Positions 36,955 to 52,037 of a stretch of 64,000 nucleotides of DNA are shown here, one piece after another. Location: the NCBI GenBank assembly GCA_009914755.4, contig CP068257.2, positions 7,808,001 through 7,872,000 of the forward strand, read 5' to 3'. Source of the DNA: the human T2T-CHM13v2.0 reference genome, Homo sapiens. The position numbers and the translations under genes were made by a program. The notes under the pieces are model-generated. The model was not told the origin of the DNA. It made no database searches and saw only the letters and a program-made list of their open reading frames with translations. Position 1 is the first letter of the stretch, and every line of letters begins with the position of its first letter.

Positions 36955-37414
36955 TCATGGAAAACTGTAAAAGCTGCAATGCTTGATCGCATTTACAGAT
37001 GCTTTTCCTTTGCAGGCTTAACCTTTGTTTGGGTAAACACGCTAATTGTTTTAAACATGATTTGAAAAGTCTGTTTTGCTTCATGAATGTTGAGGAATGA
37101 ATCCAAGGGCTGAGGTTTGCCAAACTCCTCAGGAAACCATCGACCCTGGGTTGTCGCTGTGACAGCTTGGAATCCCAGAACCCACAGGAACTCCAAGCAC
37201 CTGTCACCCTCCTCACCGGTGCCCATTGAGGAGGGTGGCAAGGTGCTCCAATGACCATCACAGGTGGCATCTCACTTTCATCTTAGTGGGCTGCCGAGGG
37301 TAGTGGCATCCTTCTAAATCCTAGCACTTTCTATGAAACGCAAAAAGTTAAGAGTTTGGGGACTGGGGACAACATGGCTGAACAACTCTTAATTTTATGT
37401 ATATATGTATGTAT

Positions 37415-37701
37415 GTATTGGAGATGGAGTCTCACTCTGTCTCCCAGGCTGGAGTGCAGTGGCACAATCTCGGCTCACTGCAACCTCTGCCTCCCAGGTT
37501 CAGGTGATTCTCATGCCTTAACCTCCTGAGTAGCTGTGACTACAGGCACCCACCACCATGCCTTGCTAATTTTGGTATTTTTAGTAGAGACAGGTTTTCA
37601 CCGTGTTGGTCAGCCTCGTCTCGAACTCCTGACCCCAGGTGATATGCCCGCCTTGGCCTCCCAAAGTGTTGGGATGACAGGTGTGAGCCACTGTGCTCGG
37701 C
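37415..37701 (-). mobile_element. Alu SINE
   Basis: 'GGAGATGGAGTCTCACTCTGTCTCCCAGGCTGGAGTGCAGTGGCACAATCTCGGCTCACTGCAACC...GGGATGACAGGTGTGAGCCACTGTGCTCGGCC'. Confidence 0.9.
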
Positions 37702-37904
37702 CAACCCTTGAATTTAGGCTCAGAAGTTGCCATTTCCTCTGTTTTGCAACTTATTCTCTGAATACTCACTGAAAAATCACCCACCTTCTAGAAAGTTCTG
37801 ATGTCTCTTCTGTAAAATGCCTGCCTCTCATTATCTGAGGATCAAGCTGCATTTTAAAACAAAAGCACTATGTAAAAATTGCATATTTCTCTCCATAAAA
37901 TAAA

Positions 37905-37975
37905 GGTAGAAGGATCACTGGAGCCCAGGAGTTTGAGACCAGCCTGGGCAATACAGTGAGGCCCCATCTCTCCAA
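37905..37975 (+). mobile_element. Alu 3'-arm fragment
   Basis: 'GGATCACTGGAGCCCAGGAGTTTGAGACCAGCCTGGGCAATACAGTGAGGCCCCATCTCTCCAAA'. Confidence 0.6.
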
Positions 37976-37977
37976 AT

Positions 37978-38274
37978 ATTTTTTTCTTTTTTTTGAGACG
38001 GAGTCTTGCTCTGTCGCCCAGGCTGGAGGGCAGTGGTGTGATCTCAGCTCACAGCAAGCTCCACCTTCTGGGTTTATGCCATTCTCCTGCCTCAGCCTCC
38101 CCAGTAGCTGGGACTACAGCTGTCCACCACCACACCCGGCTAATTGTTTGTATTTTTAGGAGAGACGGGGTTCCACCGTGTTAGCCAAGATGGTCTCGAA
38201 CTCCTGACCCCGTGATCCACCTGCCTCGGTCTCCCAAACTGCTGTGATTACAGGCATGAGCCACTGTGCCCGGC
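37978..38274 (-). mobile_element. Alu SINE
   Basis: Poly-T, then 'GAGACGGAGTCTTGCTCTGTCGCCCAGGCTGGAGGGCAGTGGTGTGATCTCAGCTCACAGCAAGC...GATTACAGGCATGAGCCACTGTGCCCGGCC'. Confidence 0.92.
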
Positions 38275-38290
38275 CCCGATTTTTTTCTTA

Positions 38291-38982
<692 letters not shown>

Positions 38983-39047
38983 TCATCCCTTTTCTTCCAA
39001 AAGATGCCCTGGAATTGGAACAGAGAGAAAATATCTTCCAGGAGAGC

Positions 39048-39537
39048 TGTCTCTCTCTGTGTCTCTCTCCCCCCTCTCTCTCCCCTGTCTCTCTCTCTCT
39101 GTCTCTCTCTCTCCGCTCTCTCTCCTATGTCTCTCTCTCTCCCCTCTCCCGTCTCTCTCTCCCCTCTCTCTCTCTCCCGTCTCTCTCTCCTCTCTCTCTC
39201 TGTCTCTCTCTCTCTCCCTGTCTCTGTCTCTCTCCTCCCTCTCTCCTGTCTCTCTCTCCCCTGTCTCTCTGTCTCTGTGTCTCTCTCTCTCCCCTCCCTC
39301 TCCCGTCTCTCTCTCCCCTCCCTCTCCCGTCTCTCTCTCTCCCCCCTCTGTCTCTCTCCCGTCTCTCTTTCTCCCCCCTCTCCCCTCTGTCTCTTTCTCT
39401 CCCCCCTCCCCTCTCTTTCTCTCTCTCTCTCCCCTCTCTCTTTCCCCGTCTCTCTCTCTCCCCTCTCTCTCCCCATCTCTCTCTCTCTCCCCTCTCTGTC
39501 TCTCTCTCTCTCTCTCTTCCCTGTCTCTCTCTCTCTC

Positions 39538-39583
<46 letters not shown>
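39048..39583. repeat. CT-rich (polypyrimidine-biased on + strand) low-complexity minisatellite, 535 bp
   Basis: 'CTGTCTCTCTCTGTGTCTCTCTCCCCCCTCTCTCTCCCCTGTCTCTCTCTCTCTGTCTCTC...CCCCTCTCCCGTCTCTCTCTCC...' with recurring 'CCC(C)TCTCCCGTCTCTCTCT' motifs. About 90% pyrimidine on the + strand. Long ORFs on both strands here (SLSLS / RERER peptides) are compositional artefacts. Confidence 0.9.
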
Positions 39584-39585
<2 letters not shown>

Positions 39586-39949
39586 AGAGCAGCTGTGGGA
39601 CCGCCCATCACAAGAGGCCACATAACTTCCCTTCATCAGTTTCCAGCAATCAGCTGGGAAAATTGTCCCATATGTGGGAGTGCCAAGTGGGGTGCAGGGT
39701 TAGGGCTGGGACACAGGCCACAGCGAGGTTACTGTCTGGCTGCAATTACGTGCACGCTGCGGGAATCCGGGGGTGCCTTGGGGAGCTGTTGCACTCCGGT
39801 TCTTTATAATTGCATGCTCGGAAATTACTCACCCTGCAACGTCTTGGGGCCTTCCCGGTTCAGCATCTGCCCACGTGTTCCCCGAGGAGGAACAGCCTAG
39901 TCTTGGCGGGTTTGGAGCATCTCCACTGTGTTTATTAATTATTTATTGT

Positions 39950-41364
<1,415 letters not shown>

Positions 41365-41385
41365 TGAGGGGGATTCTGCTATTTA

Positions 41386-42058
<673 letters not shown>

Positions 42059-42716
42059 CTACCTGTTCATTTCTACGTGTCTTGTGCCCTTAAAGTAAAG
42101 GTGGTGTCTTATCCTCAGCTGTCTCTGTGCACAGGGCCAGAGGAAGGAGTCTTGAGTTTCTTGGAAACAGTACCTGGCTGTAGTGCGGCTTAATCTCTGT
42201 CTCTTGAGCTGACCGGCCAGGTGAATTTGCCCCAAGTCACATTGGAAAAAGCTGGGCCTCTCTGCTCAGCAAACTGGGAGAGAAAAATTACAACCAGATT
42301 GGGTGCGCTCATTACTCCGACGGCAAACACTGAAAAAAATGCCTTAGGTTATTTATTTATCTCGTTATTGATGTATTGGTGTGAATTACATCACTGAAGT
42401 ACTTTGAAATATGTAGCTTTGCCATGGAATACGCTATAAGGAAGAAAGAAATCACGTCCTTTGTGGCAACCTGGATGCAGCTGGGGAATATTATCCTAAG
42501 ATCATTATCACAGGAACACAGAAACAAATCCTGCATGTTCTCAACTTATAAGTGGGAGCTAAGTGTTGGATATACGTGGATATAAACATGGGAACAACAG
42601 AAGCTGGAGGACTAGCAGAAGAGAGGGAGGGAGGGAGGAAGGGAGGGAGGCTAGGGTTGAAAACCTCAAATAGCCACGAAGCCTTATTGAGCAAATGCAA
42701 AGTGTCTGGCGTGTTT

Positions 42717-43126
<410 letters not shown>

Positions 43127-43181
43127 TCACTTGTACCCCAAACCTGAACATCACACAATATTCCCATGTAACACACCTCCT

Positions 43182-43300
43182 ACTCAGGAGACCGAGGCAG
43201 GAGAATCGCTTGAACCCGGGAGGCGGGAGATCACACCACTGTACTCCAGCCTGGGCAACAAGAGAGAGATTTTGTCTCAAAAAATAAATAAATAAATAAA
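43182..43300 (+). mobile_element. Alu 3'-half fragment
   Basis: 'CTACTCAGGAGACCGAGGCAGGAGAATCGCTTGAACCCGGGAGGCGGGAGATCACACCACTGTACTCCAGCCTGGGCAACAAGAGAGAGATTTTGTCTCAAAAAATAAATAAATAAATAAATG'. Confidence 0.85.
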
Positions 43301-43369
43301 TGAAATTCCAAATTATTATATACAAATATATATGCAGCTTTCCAAGGACAAATGGACTGTTCTAAAAAA

Positions 43370-43690
<321 letters not shown>

Positions 43691-43767
43691 GAAATTCCAA
43701 CATTATTATATACAAATATATATGCAGCTTTCCAGGGACAAATGGACTGTTCTAAAAAAAAAAAAAA

Positions 43768-44362
<595 letters not shown>

Positions 44363-44591
44363 TTACATTAACTGAGGATTAAAGTGTGTTCACATTTCCA
44401 GTTTTGCCCATCAGGAAGGCATGTGATTTGAAAGTGTAATTGGCCAATGTCATTTTTGGGGAAACGCACAGCGTGCTGTGGACGTATTAACTTACTGTAA
44501 AGAATGTATGGGGCGTGTGGCCTCCTTGCAGGATTCTGGGACATGGGGTGAAGTCCCCACTATCAATGGGCACCCACAGGTGTGTGGATAC

Positions 44592-45632
44592 CCCACCCAC
44601 CAGAGGCTCCAGCATGATTTACCCACCAGAGGCTCCAGCATGATTTACCCACCAGAGGCTCCAGCATGATTTACCCACCAGAGGCTCTAGCATGATTTAC
44701 CCACCAGAAGCTTCAGCATGATTTACCCACCAGAGGCTCCAACATAATTTACCCACCAGAAGCTCCAGCATGATTTACCCACCAGAGGTTCCAGCATGAT
44801 TTACTCACCAGAAGCTCCAGCATAATTTACCCACCAGAAGCTCCACCATGGTCCACCCACCAGAAGCTCCAGCATGGTCCACCCATCAGAAGCTCCAGCA
44901 TAATTTACCTCCAAGAAGCTCCCACTATGGTCTACTCACCAGAAGCTCCAGCATTGTCCACCCACCAGAAGCTCCAGCATGGTCCATCCACCAGAAGCTC
45001 CAGCATGATCCACCCACCAGAAGCTCCAGCATGGTCCACTCACCAGAAGCTCCAGCATGGTCCACCCACCAGAAGCTCCAGCATAATTTACCCATGAGAA
45101 GCTCCAGCATGGTCCACCCACCAGAAGCTCCAGCATGATTTACCCACGAGAAGCTCCAGCATAATTTATCCACCAGAAGCTCCACCGTGGTCTACTCACC
45201 AGAAGCTCCAGCATGATTTACCCACCAGAAGCTCCAGCATGATTTACCCCACCAGAAGCTCCAGCATGCTCCACCCACCAGAAGCTCCACCATGGTCTAT
45301 CCACCAGAAGCTCCACTATGGTCCACCTACCAGAAACTCCAGCATGCTTCACCCACCAGAAGCTCAGCATGGTCCATCCACCAGAAGCTCCACCATGGTC
45401 TACCCACCAGAAGCTCCACCATGGTCCACCTACCAGAAGCTCCAGTATGGTTCACCCACCAGAAGCCCCAGCATGGTCCACCCACCAGAAGCTCCACCAT
45501 GGTCTACTCACCAGAAGCTCCAGCATTATTTACCCACCAGAAGCTCCACCATGGTCCACCCACCAGAAGCTCCAGCATCGCCCACCCACCAGAAGCTCCA
45601 GCATGGTCCACCCACCAGAAGCTCCAGCTTCT
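44592..45632. repeat. Minisatellite / VNTR, 26-bp unit x ~40
   Basis: Unit 'ACCCACCAGAGGCTCCAGCATGATTT' with variants '...AGAAGCTCCAGCATGGTCCACCC', '...AGAAGCTCCACCATGGTCTACTC', '...AGCATAATTTACCC'. The 26-bp period was counted directly. ORFs on both strands (HPPEAPAWSTHQKLQH...) are repeat artefacts. Confidence 0.93.
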
Positions 45633-45639
45633 TCTAAAA

Positions 45640-45745
45640 AGCTGATGCTGTTTGCCGTATTTGCTTTCTTTTTCTGGGAGGTGGAGGTTGCAGTGAGCCA
45701 AGATTGCATCACTGTACTCTGGCCTGAGCAACAAAGGCAGAGACT
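45640..45745 (+). mobile_element. Alu 3'-end fragment
   Basis: 'GGGAGGTGGAGGTTGCAGTGAGCCAAGATTGCATCACTGTACTCTGGCCTGAGCAACAAAGGCAGAGACTCCATCTCAAACAAACATACAAACA'. Confidence 0.8.
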
Positions 45746-45789
45746 CCATCTCAAACAAACATACAAACACAACAAAAACAAACAAACAA

Positions 45790-45960
45790 ACAAACAAAAA
45801 CACTTTATTTTAGGTCCAGGGGTACCTGTGCGGGTTTGTTATATAGGTAAACTCATGTCATAGGGGTTTGTTGTACAGATTATTTTGTCACCCAGGTACA
45901 AACTTCGTACACAATAAGTTATTTTTTTCTGATCCATTTCCTCCTCCCAACCTGCACCCT
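45790..45960 (-). mobile_element. LINE-1 3'-UTR-proximal fragment
   Basis: 'TTTTAGGTCCAGGGGTACCTGTGCGGGTTTGTTATATAGGTAAACTCATGTCATAGGGGTTTGTTGTACAGATTATTTTGTCACCCAGGTAC' matches minus-strand L1 ('ATTTTAGGTTCAGGGGTACATGTGCAGGTTTGTTATATAGGTAAACTTGTGTCATGGGGGTTTGTTGTACAGATTATTTCATCACCCAGGTA'). Confidence 0.8.
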
Positions 45961-46115
45961 TAAAGAAAATGTGCCACATATGCAGGGAATACTATGCAGC
46001 CATAAAAAAGTATGAGCTCATTTCCTTTGCAGGAACACAGCTGGAGCTATGGTATGCTTAGCAAACCAATGCAGGAACAGAAAACTAAATACCACACGTT
46101 TTCATTTAAAAGTGG
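45960..46115 (+). mobile_element. LINE-1 ORF2 C-terminal fragment, continued at 46756-46800 after two Alu insertions
   Basis: '[52 protein letters not shown]' matches L1 ORF2 '...[52 protein letters not shown]'. Confidence 0.7.
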
Positions 46116-46118
46116 GAG

Positions 46119-46430
46119 CCAGCTGGGTGTGGTGGCTCACACTTATAATTCCATCACATTGGGAGGCCAAGGTGGGTGGATCACTTAAGGTCAGGAGTTT
46201 GAGACCAGCCTGGCCAACATGATGAAACCTCATTTCTCCTAAAAATACAAAAATTAGCTGGGCTTGGTGGCGCGTGCCTGTAATCCTAGACACTTGGGGG
46301 GCACTGAGGCAGAAGACTCACTTGAACCTGGGTGGTGAAGGTTGCAGTGAGCCGAGATCGCGCCACTGTACTCCAGCCTGGGCGGCAGAGTGGGACTCAG
46401 TCTCAAAATAAATAAATAAATTTAAAAATA
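46119..46430 (+). mobile_element. Alu SINE
   Basis: 'GCCAGCTGGGTGTGGTGGCTCACACTTATAATTCCATCACATTGGGAGGCCAAGGTGGGTGGATCACTTAAGGTC...'. Confidence 0.9.
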
Positions 46431-46456
46431 AAGATCCTATCATGAAAGAGCGTTAC

Positions 46457-46755
<299 letters not shown>

Positions 46756-46989
46756 TGAGAGCTAAATGATGAGAACCTATGGACAAGAGACACTGATTTT
46801 TTTTCCTGGTGTTACCCACATCATGAAGAATATTGTTTTTTCACCCCACTGATGCTTGGAACCACTTGTCAAGCAGTTTTCTCATATTGTTTTATTTAAA
46901 TAGAAGGAAGAAGGGAAGACCCTGACCTTCCAGGGTACCTGGGGAGGTAAGAAGTAATCTATGTAACAGGAATGGGGAAAGAGAGCAGG

Positions 46990-47528
<539 letters not shown>

Positions 47529-47599
47529 CACTGCACCTGGCCAGTTGACTGCTTTTGTAATCAAGAAACCTTGTGATATATAAATAGCCACTTTCCAAA

Positions 47600-48185
47600 A
47601 AAAAAAAATCACCAGAATACCTCCAGTATTGACAAGCTGTGGGGTGTTGAGAGAATTCGAGATTGTCTTAGCAGCCTGGGACCTTTCCATAGTCCTGAAC
47701 AGAACAGTGGACGATGATCTCATTGTTGAATCAGGAGGATGTGCTCCTATTCACAACAGCAAAGACTTGGAACCAACCCAAATGCCCATCAGTGATAAAC
47801 TGGATAAAGAAAATGTGGCACATAGACACCATGGAATACTATGCAGCCATAAAAAGGGATGCATTCATGTCCTTTGCAGGGACATGCATGAAGCTGGAAG
47901 CCATCATTCTCAGCAAACTAACACAGGAACAGAAAACCAAACACCGCATGTTCTCACTCATAAGAGGGAGTTGAACAATGAGAACACATGGACACAGAGA
48001 GGGTAACATAACACACTGGGGCCTGTCTGGGGGTTGGGGGAAAGGGGAGGGACAGCATTAGGACAAATACATAATGCAGGCAGGGCTTAAAACCTAGATG
48101 ATGGGTTGATAGGTGCAGCAAACCACCATGGCACATGTATACCTATGTAACAAACCTGCACGTTCTGCAAATGTATACCATAACT
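47600..48185 (+). mobile_element. LINE-1 3' end (ORF2 C-terminus + 3' UTR)
   Basis: ORF 47714-47974 reads '[71 protein letters not shown]', the L1 ORF2 C-terminus. Ends '...AAACCACCATGGCACATGTATACCTATGTAACAAACCTGCACGTTCTGCAAATGTATACCATAACTTGAAGT'. Confidence 0.88.
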
Positions 48186-48186
48186 T

Positions 48187-48545
48187 GAAGTGAAGAAGGA
48201 GAAGGAGAAGGAGGAGAAGGAGAAGGAGAAGGAGAAGGAGAAGGAGAAGAAGAAGAAGGAGAAGGAGAAGGAGAAGGAGAAGGAGAAGGAGAAGGAGAAG
48301 AAGAAGAAGAGGAGGAGGAGGAGAAGGAGGAGGAGGAGAAGGAGGAGGAGGAGAAGGAGGAGGAGGAAGGGGAAGGGGAAAAAGAAGAAGAAGAAGGAGA
48401 GGAGGAAGAAGAGGAAGAGGGAGAAGAGGTAGAAGAAGGAGAAGAAAGAGAAGGAGAGGAGGAAGGGGAAGAAGAGGAAGAAGAAGAAGAAGGAGAAGGA
48501 GAAGGAGAAAAGAAGGAGGAGGAGGAGCGGGAGGAGCAGGAGGAG
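48187..48545. repeat. (GGAGAA)n / (GAA)n / (GGA)n purine-rich microsatellite block (~360 bp) at the L1 tail
   Basis: 'GAAGGAGAAGGAGAAGGAGGAGAAGGAGAAGGAG...GAGGAGGAGGAGAAGGAGG...'. All-purine on the + strand. Confidence 0.92.
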
Positions 48546-48926
48546 AAGAAGAAGGAGGGTGTGTTCACATGGAAATTTGCTTCTAGCACCCAGTGGTTAA
48601 AAGGCACGCAAAACCTGTAATCACAGAGAGGGTGGTGATGATGGTTTTTAAACATGTCATTCATTTGGAAGAAAACACTTGTGTCTTTACTTGTCTAGAT
48701 GTAATGCCAAGTACCCACCCTTCCTGTACAGACAGAACTTCATTTACTATTTATTCAAGTTCCTCAAAGAGCAGGGTGAAATAGTTCCCTTTTCTATTTG
48801 GGGGGAAATGGGTTATTATTTACGGGGGTTTTGTTAAGAGAATTGTAAATGATTTCTTCCCTGTCATCTGTCCAAACAGCTCAAGGGGGAACTTTATTAG
48901 AACCAAAGCATGTATTAAAAAGTCTC

Positions 48927-49228
48927 GGCCAGGCACGGTGGCTCACATCTGTAATCCTAGCACTCTGGGAGGCCGAGGTGGGGGGATTACCTGAGGTCAG
49001 GAGTTCAAGACCAGCCTGGCCAAGAAGGTGAAACCTGTGTCTACTAAAAATACAAAAATTAGCCGGACAAGGTGGAGGGTTCCTGTAATCTCATCTGCTC
49101 GGGAGGCTGAGGCAGAGAATTGCTTGAACGCGGGAGGCAGAGGTTGTGGTGAGCCGAGATCGTGCCACTGCACTACAGCCAGGGTGACAGAGTGAGACTC
49201 TGTCTAAAAAATAAAAATAAAAATGAAG
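48927..49228 (+). mobile_element. Alu SINE
   Basis: 'GGCCAGGCACGGTGGCTCACATCTGTAATCCTAGCACTCTGGGAGGCCGAGGTGGGGGGATTACCTGAGGTC...'. Confidence 0.9.
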
Positions 49229-49387
49229 TCTCTAAAATCTTCATTGAAAACTCATTTCGTCTCAAGACATCATTTATTTTGCAAATGTATTCTTCATGGT
49301 GGCATGTGAATTTGTAATGTGATATAGAAATTTTGGAATTTACTTTTTTGTTGTTTTTTGGTTGTTATCTTTCTTTTTTTAAAATTT

Positions 49388-49465
49388 TATTATTATTATA
49401 CTTTAAGTTTTAGGGTACATGTGCACGACATGCAGGTTGGTTACATATGTATACATGAATTTACT
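49388..49465 (-). mobile_element. LINE-1 extreme 3'-end fragment
   Basis: 'TTATTATTATTATACTTTAAGTTTTAGGGTACATGTGCACGACATGCAGGTTGGTTACATATGTATACATG' is the reverse complement of the L1 3' terminus. Confidence 0.85.
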
Positions 49466-49814
49466 TTTAAAAAGTTTTAAATAAGAAGGAAATACTTTCT
49501 AGGTAAATTTAATTGTATATAGAAGACCTAATGGGTGAGAATCTGCCTTGAAAGCTGGAGACACGTCAATAAATAAGAATACACAATTAGAATAAGAAAC
49601 AGTAACAAACACTCTGCCCTCTAAAGCTTCCATCCTGCTTGGAGAAACCAAGAAAAACCCGAGAATCTTGGCCAAATACAATCTAGGGTAATGCAGTCAG
49701 GGAGCTGTCTGGTGAGTGTTGGAGGCCCCATAGGAACGCTGAGGAAGAAGAAGTTGAGGAAGAAGAAGACGCTTGTCACTAGAATTCTAAGAATAAGAAA
49801 GGACAAAGACAAAG

Positions 49815-50995
49815 TGATTTCACCAACGATGTCCAAGTTCTAATTATCTCGTGGTAGACAGAATAATGGCCCCAAAGATATCCATGTCCTAATCCCCATG
49901 TGGTAGACAGAATAATGGCCCTAAAGATGTTACCAATATCCTATTCCCCATGTGGTAGACAGAATAATGTCCCCAGAGATGTCCATGTCCTAATCCCCAT
50001 GTGGTAGACAGAATAATGGCCCCAAAGATGTCCACATCCTAATCCCCATGTGGGAGACAGAATAATGATCCTAAAGATGTGACCAACATCCTATTTCCCA
50101 TGTGGTAGACAGAATAATGGTCCCAGAGATGTCCATATCCTAATCCCCATGAGGTAGACAGAATAGTGGTCCCAAAGATGTCCACATCCTAATCCCGTGT
50201 GGTAGACAGAATAATGGCCCCAAAGATGTTCATGTCCTAATCCCATGTGGTGAAAACAATAATGTTCCCAAAGATCTTCACATCCTAATCCCATGTGAGA
50301 GACAGAATAATGGCCTCAAAGATGTCCACATCCTAATCCTCATGTGGGAGACAGAATAATGGCCCCAAAGATGTCCACATCCTAATCTCCATTTGGTAGA
50401 CAGAATAATGGCCTCAAATATGTCCATGTCCTAATCCCATGTGGCAGACAGAATAATGGCCCCAAAGATGTCCACGTCCTAATCCTCATGTGATAGACAG
50501 AATAATGGCCCCAAAGATGTACACATCCTAATCCCCATGTGACAGACAGAATAATGGCCCCAAAGATGTCCACGTCCTAATCCCCATGTGATAGACAGAA
50601 TAATGGCCCCAAAGATGTACACATCCTAATCCCCACGTGGCAGACAGAATAATGGCCCCAAAGATGTCCACGTCCTAATCCCCATGTGGTAGACAGAATA
50701 ATGACCCCAAAGATGTCCACATACTAATCCCCATGTGGTAGACAGAATAATGCCTCAAAGATGTACACATCCTTATCCCCACATGGCAGACAGAATAATG
50801 GCCCCAAAGATGTCCACATCCTAATCCCCATGTGGGAGACAGAATAATGGTCCCAAAGATACCCATGTCCTAATCCTCATGTGATACAGAGAATAATGGT
50901 CCCAAAGATGTCCATGTCCTAATACTAGGTAGCAGACAGGATAATGGCCCCAAGGATGTCTACATCCTAATCCCCATGTGGTTGACAGAGTAAGC
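49815..50995 (+). repeat. Minisatellite, ~49-bp unit x ~24 (LTR-terminus derived)
   Basis: The 49-bp period was measured directly ('TGGTAGACAG' at 49852 and 49901; the period then continues with variants GGGAGACAG / GGCAGACAG / GATAGACAG). Confidence 0.92.
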
Positions 50996-51580
50996 ACCCC
51001 CTTCCCCCCCTCAAAAAAAAATCCACATCCTAATTCTAGAAATCTGTAAAAACCTGTCATGGCTAAAAAGATTTTGCAGATGTGATTAGTTTAAGAATCA
51101 TGAGATGAAATGACCCTGGATTATCCAGCTGGGTCTAAGATCATCACAGGATCTTTGTAAGAGGGAGGCAGGAGTGCCAGAGCCAGAGGAGGTGATGTTA
51201 GGACAAAAGCAAAGGTCAGAGTCACAGAGAAATTAGAAGATGCTGCACTACTGGCTCTGAAGTTCAAGGAAGGGTCCAGGAGCCAAGAAATACTCTAGAA
51301 ACATTCCCCTAGAAGCAGGAAATGGCAAGGAAACTGATTCTCCCCCAGAACTTGCATCAAGAGGGAAGTTTTGCTGACACCTTGGTTTTAGGCCAGTGAG
51401 ACCCAGGGTGGGCTTCAAAACTACAACACTGTAAGACAATACATTTGTGTTGCTTTAAGCCAATACGAATGTGATCATTGGTGATGGCGGCCAGAGGACA
51501 CTCACAGAAGGAGTAATGTACTGGAGGTCTGCAGCAGGAATGAATTTGGCATGACTGGGGGGATGCCCAAGGGGGCAGCA
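49815..51580 (+). mobile_element. MaLR-type LTR (MLT1-like) whose 5'-terminal ~49 bp is amplified into a tandem array
   Basis: Array units 'TGGTAGACAGAATAATGGCCCCAAAGATGTCCACATCCTAATCCCCATG' match my recollection of the 5' terminus of MLT1-type MaLR LTRs. After the array the LTR continues colinear: '...TGCAGATGTGATTAGTTTAAGAATCATGAGATGAAATGACCCTGGATTATCCAGCTGGGTCTAAGATCATCACAGGATCTTTGTAAGAGGGAGGCAGGAGTGCCAGAGCCAGAGGAGGTGATG...AGATGCTGCACTACTGGCTCTGAAG...GGAAATGGCAAGGAAACTGATTCTCCCCCAGAA...GCTGACACCTTGGTTTTAGGCCAGTGAGACCC...'. Confidence 0.7.
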
Positions 51581-51730
51581 AAGAAGAACAAGCAAAGGCT
51601 AAACGTGATGACTCCTTGTTTTAGAAGAACCCCCTTCAGAAGAAGAATCAGTAAAGCAAAGCTGAACTCAACTTTGTCTTCTTTTCTTCCCCAGACATAA
51701 TTTACGTTATTTTATTGGGACCACAGAGTC
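51560..51730. repeat. Locally duplicated segment (copy 1; copy 2 at ~52800-52975)
   Basis: 'AAGAAGAACAAGCAAAGGCTAAACGTGATGACTCCTTGTTTTAGAAGAACCCCCTTCAGAAGAAGAATCAGTAAAGCAAAGCTGAACTCAACTTTGTCTTCTTTTCTTCCCCAGACATAATTTACGTTATTTTATTGGGA' versus 52800-52975 'AGAAGAACCCCTTTGGGAAGAGGAGAAGAACGAGCAAAGGCTAAATGTGACTCCCTGTTTTAGAAGAACCTCCTTCAGAAGAAGAATCAATAAAGCAAAGGCTGAACTCAACTTTGTCTTCTTTTCTCCCCCAGACATAATTTATGTTCTTTTATTGGGA'. Confidence 0.85.
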
Positions 51731-52007
51731 CCAGTTGGAGCAAGTGACCAGGGACAGAGTTAAAAAGAAGCCATAGGGAAGTAGTTAGATTGTATTCTGA
51801 CTTCGATGTGAAATTATTGGCGGGTTTTGAGTGGCAATGAGGGATGTCTTATTCAGCTCGGGTTGCCATAACAAAAATTATAGACTGGGTGGCTTAAGTA
51901 ACAGCCATTGATTTCTCACAGTTCTGGAGATGGGGAAGTCCGAGATCAAGGTATGGCAGATTTATTGTCTGGAGTGGGTCCTCTTGCTGGTTCACAGATG
52001 GTGCGTT

Positions 52008-52037
52008 CAGAGAGAGAAAGAGAGAGAGAGAGAGAGC
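52008..52037. repeat. (GA)n microsatellite
   Basis: 'AGAGAGAGAAAGAGAGAGAGAGAGAGAG'. Confidence 0.85.

Noticed and set aside
44848-45863. Several 96-181 aa ORFs on both strands across the 26-bp VNTR (e.g. 45318-45863 'MVHLPETPACFTHQKL...').
   Set aside because: Open frames are a by-product of a 26-bp unit that lacks stop codons in several frames. The peptide is a pure repeat with no start context and no splice signals, and both strands are 'open' simultaneously. Not coding.
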